A stretch of DNA of 64,000 nt, taken from the NCBI GenBank assembly GCA_963811105.1, contig CAWEPZ010000002.1, positions 512,001 to 576,000 of the forward strand, written 5' to 3'. Origin of the DNA: Candidatus Bathyarchaeota archaeon. GTDB taxonomy: Archaea > Thermoproteota > Bathyarchaeia > Bathyarchaeales > Bathycorpusculaceae. The stretch's first letter is position 1, and each line of letters opens with the position of its first letter. The position numbers and the translations under genes are program-made. Shown one piece after another: positions 23,330-32,957 of this stretch. The notes under the pieces were generated by a model, which worked only from the letters and a program-made list of their open reading frames with translations, did no database searches and was not told the DNA's origin.

Positions 23330-24974
23330 TTGTTAACCCCCTGAAGAATGATGTAATTGGTCCAAGCGCAAGGAATGGGAAGAAAGTCAGTACTACAAGT
23401 ATGATAATACTCATAACTAAGACTATAGTGAACACTGGGCTGTCAGTTTTGAGACCTGCTGTACCGCCGCGTTTTCGACCAATCATTGAACCTGAAAGTG
23501 CAAGTAGTATGGCTATTGGCGCGTAACGTCCAATAAGAACGACAATGCCCGTCGCAATGTTGAAAAACGGCGTATTTCCTGAGGCTCCCAAGAAGTCTGA
23601 GCCGTTGTTAGCGGCGGAAGTGGTGAATTCATACAGAATTTGTGTGAATCCTACGGAGTTCCCGCTTAGTCCAATTGCCGAGACAGCGCCTGTGGCGTAG
23701 GCTATCAGAGTTGGTATAAGTATGATTATCGGGTGAATGAGGAACGCAATCATTACAAGCTTTACGTCGCGTCCCGTAATTTTCATTCCCAAATACTCAG
23801 GCGTCCTGCCAGACATCAAACCTACAATAAAGACCGTTATGATAATGTACATAATCATGTACATCATGCCTACGCCTTTGCCTCCTGGGATTGACTGAAT
23901 AAACATGCCTAAGAAGCCTGAAGTTATTGCCAAAGGATGCATTCCGGACAAGGCGCAGTTTACTGATCCAGTTGTTGCAACCGTTGTCGTAACGGTGTAG
24001 AAGCTTGACATGAAACCACCAAACCGTGTTTCGATGCCCGGCGCCACCAAAGGAAGGGCTGGAATGAATGCTATAGCTAGGTTAAGTCCGAAGAGGATGT
24101 AAGCACCCCATAAAAGAGGTCTTGACTCGCGTTTTTTGCCTATCATTTCTCCAAACACAAAGATTAACGCTGTAGGAAGCAAAAGCATCAATGAAATCAT
24201 TAGAATATTTGTAATGGGCGAAGGATTCATGAAGGGATGAGCAGCATTTGCCCCGTAGAATCCACCACCATTAGTGCCTATCTGCATAATGGAATCAAGA
24301 GAAGCGACAGGTCCAACGAAAATTGTTTGGGCTGCTCCTTCAATTGTCTTTACTGTGGTGTAGCCGTTGAGCGTTTGAGGCACGCCTAACGCGAGAAATA
24401 TAATTGCGGCAATTACACACAGTGGTAGGAAAATTCTCGTAAGAGCTCGTGTAAAATCAACGTAGAAGTTGCCCATATCTTTCGAGTCAACTATTAGCCC
24501 CCGAATAAAGGCAATTCCCATGCAAAGTCCTGTGATCGCTGAGGTAAACTGGAGCCATTGTATTACACCGATTTGACTTAGATATGACAGAGTTATTTCG
24601 CCATTATAGTGTTGAAGGTTCGTGTTTGTCACAAACGAAGCTACAGTATGAAAAGCGAGGTCTGGTCTGACACCAGCGAATCCCATGGGATTAAGCGGCA
24701 ACTTGCCTTGAAAAACAAGGATTACAAAGCCAATAACCATCATAACAACGTTTAGCAGCAAACCAGCAAGGAAAAACTGCTTCCAACCCATCGTTTGTTC
24801 TGGATTCACGCCAGTAATTTTGTAAATGAAGTTCTCTATCGGATTGAGAACTCTATCTAAACGGTTTGGTTTTCGATTAAATACTCCGGTTATGTATGGC
24901 GCTATTAGCTTCGCTATAACTATGGTTACTCCAAGAATAAGTATGACTGATAGCGCCTGAACTGCATCGATCAA
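23319..24974 (-). CDS. kdpA: K+-transporting ATPase subunit A
   Basis: Selectivity-filter motifs TNTNLQ, GTNGGG and ANNGS; GRTPEYLG. Confidence 0.95.
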   Translation of the reverse strand: MIDAVQALSVILILGVTIVIAKLIAPYITGVFNRKPNRLDRVLNPIENFIYKITGVNPEQTMGWKQFFLAGLLLNVVMMVIGFVILVFQGKLPLNPMGFAGVRPDLAFHTVASFVTNTNLQHYNGEITLSYLSQIGVIQWLQFTSAITGLCMGIAFIRGLIVDSKDMGNFYVDFTRALTRIFLPLCVIAAIIFLALGVPQTLNGYTTVKTIEGAAQTIFVGPVASLDSIMQIGTNGGGFYGANAAHPFMNPSPITNILMISLMLLLPTALIFVFGEMIGKKRESRPLLWGAYILFGLNLAIAFIPALPLVAPGIETRFGGFMSSFYTVTTTVATTGSVNCALSGMHPLAITSGFLGMFIQSIPGGKGVGMMYMIMYIIITVFIVGLMSGRTPEYLGMKITGRDVKLVMIAFLIHPIIILIPTLIAYATGAVSAIGLSGNSVGFTQILYEFTTSAANNGSDFLGASGNTPFFNIATGIVVLIGRYAPIAILLALSGSMIGRKRGGTAGLKTDSPVFTIVLVMSIIILVVLTFFPFLALGPITSFFRGLTNGF

Positions 24975-25025
24975 TTATTCCAAAACTCCAAAAGACATTT
25001 GTGCTCACTATGGCTCCTACCCCAA

Positions 25026-25313
25026 CTATATGATTGATTTCAACGCGGTTTTTACTTGGCACCTGCGTCCTTTGCATGGGTGCAATATTATAGTAGTTAT
25101 AGTGCTTCTTACACCTTTTATTTTCATGATTTGCTTCTGCAAAATATCCCGAAATTCTTCGAGCGTAGAAGCAGACACCAGAGTGACAATGTCGTATTCG
25201 CCTGTAACTTCGTAGACTTCTTCAATATTATCGAGCTTTGATAAAGCTGTCACCACGTTACCTATATGCGTTGACTCGACGAAGAGATTGACAGAAGCTA
25301 ACACTCGACTCAT
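25026..25313 (-). CDS. Stand-alone Lrp/AsnC ligand-binding (RAM) domain protein 3, first gene of the kdp run
   Basis: EVYEVTGEYDIV...GVRSTITTIIL; no HTH. Confidence 0.85.
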   Translation of the reverse strand: MSRVLASVNLFVESTHIGNVVTALSKLDNIEEVYEVTGEYDIVTLVSASTLEEFRDILQKQIMKIKGVRSTITTIILHPCKGRRCQVKTALKSII

Positions 25314-25929
25314 TTCTATTCCTGCTCCGGGTTACATGTAAACGTGAAATTAGCAACTGGGAAATACCATGTGTAACATCCTGCCAACGCAATAACAATC
25401 ATACAAACACCCTTAAAATTGAACACAATTATCAGCGATTCCAAAAAGAGGTTATTTATGGAACCTATTCTGGTTCCTTTCTCATGTTATTAAAGAAGGC
25501 CAAATCAGAGATTCCTCTATTTCTGCTATGAGAAAAATCATTTTCAAGATATTGCAGTTTTTTGGCCTCCTTTGCCCCTTTTGAGTTAAGTCATATGCCA
25601 CAATTATATAAAGTTGATTATGATTTGTTCATACATTCCAACTATATTTGGAATAGTTTTTAGAGAAACTCAGAAAAATGTGAAACACGTTCATTTTTAC
25701 AAAGTTCGGGTTTTAGTGTCAAATACTATTTATTATAAGTTGCTAAGCGGCGAAGCGACTGATCGCAAACGGAAATGGTCCCGTATGAATGTTTCTTAAA
25801 AACTGATTTAGATGCAATGTCAACCAAAAGTACCAATTGCCCATCGAAACTTAACGGCTAAACAAGTTTTAATAGCGATCAAATTTTGAATTATCAAAAC
25901 TCTTATACGCTACTTTATAGACTTTTAGA

Positions 25930-26367
25930 TTGATGCCAACTGTTAAAGATTTTATGACAACCCATGTCATCACTATTGATGCTCAGAGAACCGTTCTCCA
26001 GGCTGCAAAGCTAATGCACCAACAAGATGTGGGTGATCTTGTTGTCATGGAAGGCGTTGTGGCAAAGGGCATTGTTACTGAGAGAGACTTAGTTAGAAGG
26101 GTTATGGCTCAGAGAAAACCTCTTGATACTAAAGTCTCCGAGATAATGTCAGATCCGCTAATAACGATCGAGGAAGAAGCCTCAATTAGAGATGCGGCTA
26201 GGAAAATGATCAAGTACAAGATAAGGCGGCTACCTGCTACAAAAAATAACGTATTGGTTGGCATAATAGCTACTTCAGATTTTGCGAGACACCTCAGCAA
26301 GAAAAGCCTAAGCGAAGAAATAATCAATGCTATGACCAGGTACCCCTTAGCCGATTCCAGTCGATAG
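25930..26367 (+). CDS. CBS-pair protein
   Basis: VKDFMT, GIVTERD, VSEIMS and IRRLP..GII..D motifs. Confidence 0.9.
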   Translation: MMPTVKDFMTTHVITIDAQRTVLQAAKLMHQQDVGDLVVMEGVVAKGIVTERDLVRRVMAQRKPLDTKVSEIMSDPLITIEEEASIRDAARKMIKYKIRRLPATKNNVLVGIIATSDFARHLSKKSLSEEIINAMTRYPLADSSR

Positions 26368-26435
26368 GTACATGTTCGACAAAAAGAGAATTTGTTGTAG
26401 GAAACATTTTCCTAATTATTGATTGGTCATAAGCT

Positions 26436-26789
26436 ATGGCTTTCATAGGCAAGATAATCGGTAGTTTTGCGGCTGCACGCATTACCAAGTTTTCGACAAT
26501 GGACTTCCTCAAAATAGGTATTAGCATGACTCCTGGAGGTGAAATGGGTCTTATTATTGCAAGCCTTGGGTTAACAATTGGATTAATTTCGACGGGAACG
26601 TATTCTGTCGCTGTAATGGCTGTTATCTTAACGACCTTCATGGCGATGCTAATAATAAAGTGTATGAAACAAAAAATAATGAGGTTTCCAAGAGCCACGG
26701 CAGATATGCTTCTTTCCCAAGAATTCCCAAACGTAAAACCAAAGATAAAAACACTGAAGCAAGAACTAAAACGACCGAACAATAATTAA
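26436..26789 (+). pseudogene. C-terminal fragment of a CPA2 cation/proton antiporter
   Basis: GKIIG...GISMTPGGEMGLIIA matches the last helices of CPA2; the N-terminal ~300 aa are missing. Confidence 0.65.
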
Positions 26790-26936
26790 CTTACTATCGA
26801 GACCCATCAGGTTATTGCGTTTAATCATCGCTCACTTTCTTTTTCGACCGTTTTTTGATAATTAAAGAAAACAGGTCAGCTAGTGAATTTAAATATACAA
26901 GCTTCCTTGTGCCTTCCAATCAGAAAGGTGTAGTCA

Positions 26937-28202
26937 ATGGCATTAGACCCTGTGCTGAGAGCTATAGTAACCATCTGCATCTTGGTTTTCTCAGCAAAAG
27001 TGCTAGGCGAAATTTTCTCCTGGAGAAAAATTCCAGCTGTTCTAGGTGAGTTACAGGCGGGGATCATTTTAGGTCCATACGCTTTAGGTTCTTTGATTTC
27101 AGTGAATGGTTCATCTGTAATTCAAATTAACGAAATTGTTCGAGCGTTTGGAGAGATAGGTGGCATACTTATTTTATTCGTCGCAGGTTTAGAAATGACT
27201 TTTAGAGACTTCCGAAGAATTGGGCTCGGCAGTTTTGTCGTTGGAAGCGTTGGGGTTGTTATTCCGTTCATCATGGGTTATGGAATTGCACTCGCTTTTG
27301 GATTAAATATTATTGCATGCTTGGTTATTGGGGCAGCGCTCGTAGCTACCAGTATTTCGATTACCGCACTTGTCCTTCAGGAGCTTAACCAATCAAGAAA
27401 AATAGAGTCAAGAATGATGGTTAGCGCTGCAGTAGTTGATGACGTTTTGGGACTCGCAATTTTGGGAGTCATAGTTTCTTTCATTACAACCTCTAGCGCG
27501 ATAAGCCCAGTGAACGTAATAACGGTAATCTTAACGTCTCTGGGGGTATGGCTTGTTATGACGGTCTTTGCAGCGATAATTCTTCCAAAGATAATCAATT
27601 TTACCTCGAAGGGTTCTGAAGCAACGCTTGAGGCTGCGGCGACAGCTTCATGCTTTGGCGCTTCAGCTCTGGCAGCAGTCCTCGGATTATCACCCATTGT
27701 CGGCTCTTTTGCAGCGGGGATGGCCATTGCAAGTTCTGAAACCGTCGAGAAAATTCGAGACTACGCTAAAAAAATAAGCATTATTTTCTCGCCCGTTTTC
27801 TTTGGCTTAGCAGGTGCGGCTTTTGATATAAGGGCGTTTTTCACTACGGACTGGTTCTTTTATGCTTTTTTTATTTCTTTGATTGCAATTGCTGTTGTGA
27901 GCAAGATAATTGGGTGTGGATTACCTGCTGCTTACTTTCTGAAAAGTGGAATCAAAGGAAAACGCGTTGGCTATGGCATGATTTCTCGTGGTGAAGTTGG
28001 TCTTATAGTTGCTGGTGTGGCTATTTCTGCAGGTGCGATTACACAAAGTACCTATGCGGCAATATTGGGCATGATTATGGTAACTACTTTTATTGCGCCT
28101 TTGTTGTTGAGAAGGTCCTTTGAGAATGAATCACTTGAAGAAGAATCGACAAATGATGTAGATACTACGGCTCCTGACTACATACCAACCTATCCACTGT
28201 AA
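26937..28202 (+). CDS. CPA2-family cation:proton antiporter
   Basis: LFVAGLE, ATSISI, AAVVDDV and MISRGEVGL motifs; about 12-13 TMs. Confidence 0.9.
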   Translation: MALDPVLRAIVTICILVFSAKVLGEIFSWRKIPAVLGELQAGIILGPYALGSLISVNGSSVIQINEIVRAFGEIGGILILFVAGLEMTFRDFRRIGLGSFVVGSVGVVIPFIMGYGIALAFGLNIIACLVIGAALVATSISITALVLQELNQSRKIESRMMVSAAVVDDVLGLAILGVIVSFITTSSAISPVNVITVILTSLGVWLVMTVFAAIILPKIINFTSKGSEATLEAAATASCFGASALAAVLGLSPIVGSFAAGMAIASSETVEKIRDYAKKISIIFSPVFFGLAGAAFDIRAFFTTDWFFYAFFISLIAIAVVSKIIGCGLPAAYFLKSGIKGKRVGYGMISRGEVGLIVAGVAISAGAITQSTYAAILGMIMVTTFIAPLLLRRSFENESLEEESTNDVDTTAPDYIPTYPL

Positions 28203-28319
28203 ACTAAGCTTCTAAGAACTCACACCTAAAAACGTACATGGTTCTAAACGTTACATGATATAGTGTAGAGTTTTAGACGTAAACCGCTACGTGAAACGTT
28301 GCCAAGAGGAAAGATCAAG

Positions 28320-28571
28320 ATGGGGAAACTTCCGCGTAGAGATAAATTGAAGATTTACGGGGACTTGCTTTCCGTTCTCTATAGTTAATCCAAAGAAGAG
28401 AAGTTTGTTCTTACTCATGTTCAACTGAAAATAAGCGTTTCTTTTGACCGCCTAAAAACTTACATCACTGAACTCAAAGAACGATATTTGATCCAAGATG
28501 AGAACTTGCTGAAATTGACAGATAAAGGTAAACTCCACCTTAGAGAATACGAGGCAGTTCTTGAATTATGA
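28320..28571 (+). pseudogene. Archaeal winged-helix regulator (HTH_45-like) with an in-frame stop
   Basis: MGKLPRRDKLKIYGDLL...[TAA at 28386]...LTHVQLK...LTDKGK; not in the ORF track. Confidence 0.65.
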
Positions 28572-28762
28572 AGCGTATGGACTTAACTTATTAATGGGAT
28601 AATTAATTTTTCTTGATACATTACAGGATTAGTTAAAAGTAAATTTTTGATTGGTAGCTCCTTTGATATTTTGTGTTTGCAAGTTTTGACATTCATTTCT
28701 GAAAAATACCAGTGTTTCTTCCCGAAAGTATCTTTTTAAAGAGACATAATATATGATGTTTT

Positions 28763-30346
28763 CTAAGGATTATTCTGTATAGCGTAGAGCGCTGCATCTA
28801 AAATTAAACTGTTTGTGTTGCTACCAACTCTGTCAAGTAGATGCCCAGATTCATCAACACCCTCACAATACCCGGTTGAAGGCTCGGGAAGAGTATTCTC
28901 AAGATAAATAGACATGTTCTTGGCGAACGTTGTATTATAAATGGCAAGAAAGCTCAATGCTATTTTTGAATAAATCAAAGGAGACGTATTTGAATTATGT
29001 TCATCTATAGTCCAAGTTCGACCATCAGGCAAAACCACCCATTCATACTCCCAACCGCCTGACATAGAGGGGCCTTCACTAAAAGCTCGATATCGATCAG
29101 TGCCATTATAGTACGCCTCATGAGCCAAATAAACTTGATAAGCTAAAGTCATCAATCTAGAATCAGTACTATTAAGTTCAAAAACTGAGCAAAACAATGG
29201 ATCACCTATTAATCCAGCCTTAGGCAACAAAACACCTTCAGGAGTTGAAACATTACCAGCTGAAAAAATATTATTAAGAATTGTACTTTGAAGATTAATA
29301 AGGTCATTAGGCCAAAAACTTGCATACCCGCTGTAAATATAGTAAGCATAAATACTAGTCGAGGTAAGGAAATCACTCTTAATTTTAGGTATTATAGCAG
29401 CATAATTTGATCTGTTACCATAAACGTTGTAAACGAAATTATTTATACGCAATGCCCAGCTGGAGTTATAAACTCTAACATTGTTAAGAGCGACAAATAA
29501 TCGTCCAGTATCAACGCCGTCATAAGGGGTAGTAGCCAAATCTGACAGCTCATGATAGTCTTCTCCGTCCGTTGCTTGGTAGAACCAGTAAGGATAGTTA
29601 GTTGTGACATTAAGTTTTCGCGTTTCCAAAAACGTTAGAACCTTATCTATTCTGGCATCAAACCCCCAAGCGCCATCATTGTCTATCAAACCTATTTTTC
29701 GCGCATCTATGACAGCTTGAATATAAACTCCTAAGTCCCAATCAGTGAAAACTGGAGAATTTGAATAAGGAAGCCCCATTGTTGGATCTACACCCATACC
29801 TGGTTGGAAATATTTCCAGGCATTCGCTGCCACCGCTAGCCAGACAGTACTGTTGATGGTTTGAGCTGATGCTATCACGCCGGGAGGCTTAGGCTCAGGA
29901 GATGGCGCAACTACTTTGGCTATAGCTTGAGTTAAACCTGCAAGTATGTTAGAGCTGCTAGTTTGATTATTGATCTTGTTAATGGTTCCAGATGGTGAAT
30001 TTGTTGAATTATTGCTGGTTTGTAGAACAATAGCTTTGCTTTCGTTTTGTTTTGGCAAGAAAGCAAAAATAGAAACCAACATAACAGTTATGATCGCGAA
30101 GACGATTATACCTGTTGCTTTCTTGTTAAGGCGTAAACGTTTCTGCCTGAAAAACCTTTTTTTACGTTCAGCCTCAAGAGAATCCTTTAAAGCGACAAGG
30201 CCAAGGCATAGAAAAGAGCGCATTTTGTTGTAATTAAGCAACCTTTGCGTCACCGTGTCGGGATTGATTCGTTTTAAATAAAATGATAATCCTTTTCTCC
30301 ATAGAGAGCCAACCACTCTATCGGTTTGAATCATGGAGGAATACAC
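28763..30346 (-). CDS. DUF3131-family protein (putative glycan-active enzyme), membrane-anchored; true start probably downstream of 30346
   Basis: NAWKYF, TDWDLGVYIQA, DTGRLFVAL and NTNSLILDA motifs; TM segment near the N-terminus. Confidence 0.7.
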   Translation of the reverse strand: MYSSMIQTDRVVGSLWRKGLSFYLKRINPDTVTQRLLNYNKMRSFLCLGLVALKDSLEAERKKRFFRQKRLRLNKKATGIIVFAIITVMLVSIFAFLPKQNESKAIVLQTSNNSTNSPSGTINKINNQTSSSNILAGLTQAIAKVVAPSPEPKPPGVIASAQTINSTVWLAVAANAWKYFQPGMGVDPTMGLPYSNSPVFTDWDLGVYIQAVIDARKIGLIDNDGAWGFDARIDKVLTFLETRKLNVTTNYPYWFYQATDGEDYHELSDLATTPYDGVDTGRLFVALNNVRVYNSSWALRINNFVYNVYGNRSNYAAIIPKIKSDFLTSTSIYAYYIYSGYASFWPNDLINLQSTILNNIFSAGNVSTPEGVLLPKAGLIGDPLFCSVFELNSTDSRLMTLAYQVYLAHEAYYNGTDRYRAFSEGPSMSGGWEYEWVVLPDGRTWTIDEHNSNTSPLIYSKIALSFLAIYNTTFAKNMSIYLENTLPEPSTGYCEGVDESGHLLDRVGSNTNSLILDAALYAIQNNP

Positions 30347-30841
30347 GAAAGTTTAATTTAAAATTATGCTAAAAGAAATCCACCCCATTGAATTATGTTT
30401 TACAGACCTTAGCGTCATAACAAATAGGCATAACAATAAACTAACAATTGCTTTTTTTAAGATTGCTTTTCGAAAATTTACGTCAACACCAAGATCACTT
30501 AAAGATCTGGCTTCACGGTTATACCGATCAATTTTACAACGTATATGGAACACACCTACTATGGTTTGATGACGTTTGAGTTGCTGGGCGAAAAGAGCAG
30601 GTATCCTTCCCAAATGACAAGTGGGTTTTGACTTGCCAAAACAACTATGGCGGTTTTGCCGGCTCAGACCTCGGAATATCAACCTTCGAAAACACATTTC
30701 AAGCAGTCAGCATGCTCCGCAAAATAGGAAACCTATAAGGTTCAAAGAAGTCTTTTGAGACTATCCGCTACTGCGTAAGAAACGCTTTGGAAGAAAGACC
30801 AAAGAAACACTTTAGAAAAAGACGGAAAGTATTAATATCAA

Positions 30842-31019
30842 ATGCTACCTTTTGGGAAAAAGGCTATGGCATTAGCCCTGACAAGCGAAACATCTAGTAA
30901 TCATAGCCCTTTCAAAGCGAATACTACAAAAAATAGACCAAGAAGCCACACGGCAAAAAAGGTCAAGAAGCGAATATGTAGAACTACACTTTGAAGCTTT
31001 ATTCTTAAATCAATCCTAA
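30842..31019 (+). pseudogene. Ribbon-helix-helix (CopG-like) protein broken by a short tandem duplication
   Basis: MLPFGKKAMALAL in one frame and IALSKRILQKIDQEATRQKRSRSEYVE in another; duplicated TAGCCCT..CAA(A)GCGAA. Confidence 0.5.
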
Positions 31020-31147
31020 TGGAAAATTAGATAACAACAATAGCACCCAACCCACATTGACTCCTACATTAGAATAGGCCAAGCTACATTAGAACAGACC
31101 AAACGCATTAAAAAGGTTTTTAGTTTAATGTTTCCATCTGTGAATCC

Positions 31148-32053
31148 ATGGAAATCGATGCTTACCGATTGAAATCTAACACGTTTGTCCAAGGCGGAAA
31201 AGTCGCAAGAAAATCTTTTCTCATACAACTGATAGTGGGCATATCCGAAGTATCCATGGGAATATTTACCTTAAGCGTTGCATTGATTGCTGACGGCATC
31301 CAATCCTTTGCTGACGCCGGAGTATCTCTAATTGTGTGGATTGGCCTGCGCATATCAAGAAGAGCGCCTGACGGCAAATTCCACTTTGGATACTACCGAG
31401 TTGAAACATTCAGCAGCATAATCGCCGCACTTTTTATGGCAACCTTAGGCGTAGTAGTGCTATACGAATCTTATAAGGAATTCATTAAGCCCACAGCAAT
31501 AGCCAATCCCGAGCTAGCCATGATAGTTGCATTGTTGGCAACTGCAGTGTCATCAGTTCTCCTAATCTACAAAAGGCGTGCCGCCAAGAAATACGCCTCT
31601 CTGGCATTGAAAACCGACGCTTCCAACTCAATCAAAGATGTACTTACATCAATAACAGCCTTCACAGGTATCGCCCTGGCCAGATACTTCAACATCATTC
31701 AGTCTGATGCCACAGCTGGAGTAATAATCTCACTATTCGTTTTCACGATGGTGTACACAATAATGAAAGAAGCCTCTTTGGTTTTGATGGATGCTTGCCA
31801 ATGCCCAGAAATCCTAACAGACATAGAGAACATTGCTAGAAGTGTCAAACTAGTTAAGCAGGTGCATAGCCTACGAATGAGAAAAATAGGACCCTACCTG
31901 ATTGGCGATTTGCACGTTGTGATTGACGCTGACTTAACGGTTAGGGATTCTGGCAAAATAGCTTACGAAATAGAAGAACGCGTAAAAAGAGAGTTTGATG
32001 AGGTAATAGAGATAAAAGTCCGAATAGACCCAGACGAACCCATAACAAATTAA
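31148..32053 (+). CDS. Cation diffusion facilitator (FieF-like) transporter
   Basis: SVALIADGIQSFAD, FHFGYYRVE, ALKTDA.N...D, C-terminal dimerisation domain. Confidence 0.9.
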   Translation: MEIDAYRLKSNTFVQGGKVARKSFLIQLIVGISEVSMGIFTLSVALIADGIQSFADAGVSLIVWIGLRISRRAPDGKFHFGYYRVETFSSIIAALFMATLGVVVLYESYKEFIKPTAIANPELAMIVALLATAVSSVLLIYKRRAAKKYASLALKTDASNSIKDVLTSITAFTGIALARYFNIIQSDATAGVIISLFVFTMVYTIMKEASLVLMDACQCPEILTDIENIARSVKLVKQVHSLRMRKIGPYLIGDLHVVIDADLTVRDSGKIAYEIEERVKREFDEVIEIKVRIDPDEPITN

Positions 32054-32150
32054 CGGATAAATTTGGTAATTTCTATATATTCCAACACATAATATCGGGG
32101 CAGGGCAGCACACGGTTTTTGTATTTGCTTCGATTAAATGATTTTTTGGG

Positions 32151-32168
32151 GTTTAGGTATACCTAAAC
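32151..32168. promoter_or_regulatory. DtxR/IdeR-type operator 1 (perfect palindrome)
   Basis: GTTTAGGTATACCTAAAC directly upstream of a TTTATTA TATA-like box of the dtxR-feoB operon. Confidence 0.75.
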
Positions 32169-32190
32169 TTTATTAGGCGGCGACGTTAAT

Positions 32191-32206
32191 TTTAGGTAAA
32201 CCTAAA
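32191..32206. promoter_or_regulatory. DtxR/IdeR-type operator 2
   Basis: TTTAGGTAAACCTAAA, 15/16 identical to the core of operator 1, near the expected transcription start. Confidence 0.72.
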
Positions 32207-32219
32207 CTATGGTGAAATC

Positions 32220-32948
32220 ATGTCAAACAAAACATTTGAAGATTACCTCAAAGCCATATCGATTCTTTCATCAAACGGCAAAACAGTAAACACAACCGAG
32301 ATTTCACGCCATTTCAAAATTTCACCCGCCAGCGTAACGGAAATGCTCAAGAAACTTGCAGAAAAAGAATATATAGCATATTCACCCTACCACGGAAGCA
32401 CTCTCACAGCCAAAGGCCTTCAGATCGCGGAGAGAGTAACAAGAAAACACAGACTGCTCGAAAAATTCCTTTATGACGTTTTGAGGATAGGGAAAGACCA
32501 TGTTCATGCACAAGCCTGCGAAATGGAACACACCCTATCTGACGAGGCAGAAGAGTCACTTTGCCGCCTTTTAAACCACCCTGACAAATGCCCCGATGAC
32601 AATAATATTATTCCTGCATGTAATTTGCCATTCTCAAACTGCGAAGAATGCATACAAATGCACAACAAAGGTTTAGAAGAGGTTGGAAAACGAGAACAGC
32701 ACCTAGTTTCGATAAGTAATCTCAAAGAGGGCAAACAGGGTAAAGTTTCCTTTGTAAGGGGCGAGCACAAGACCCTTCAGAGACTATTGGATATGGGTTT
32801 AACGCCAGGAACTTGCGTAAAAGTCTTAAGAGTTGCTCCCCTCAGTGGTCCAACCGAGATCGGCATTAGAGGTTCAAAAATAGCGCTCGGACAAGACATT
32901 GCTTCAAACGTTTTCATCGAAGTCTCTCAAGAAAAACAAATAGGATGA
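32220..32948 (+). CDS. DtxR/MntR-family metal-dependent repressor with a C-terminal FeoA domain
   Basis: EDYLKAI, SPASVTEMLKKL, RKHRLLE.FL, ACEMEH, and FeoA-like RLLDMGLTPG...RGSKIALG. Confidence 0.93.
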   Translation: MSNKTFEDYLKAISILSSNGKTVNTTEISRHFKISPASVTEMLKKLAEKEYIAYSPYHGSTLTAKGLQIAERVTRKHRLLEKFLYDVLRIGKDHVHAQACEMEHTLSDEAEESLCRLLNHPDKCPDDNNIIPACNLPFSNCEECIQMHNKGLEEVGKREQHLVSISNLKEGKQGKVSFVRGEHKTLQRLLDMGLTPGTCVKVLRVAPLSGPTEIGIRGSKIALGQDIASNVFIEVSQEKQIG

Positions 32949-32957
32949 TCATTCGAA

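Noticed and set aside
21249-23526. Several + strand ORFs of 61-229 aa opposite kdpB and kdpA
   Set aside because: These are antisense shadows of conserved genes with no motifs; the same applies to shadows over cbf5, feoB, pyk, tfb and the atp genes.
24975-25025. kdpF upstream of kdpA
   Set aside because: There is no room and no hydrophobic ~30-aa ORF.
30353-30697. 114-aa ORF and overlapping short ORFs upstream of DUF3131
   Set aside because: No recognisable motifs; probably non-coding or debris.
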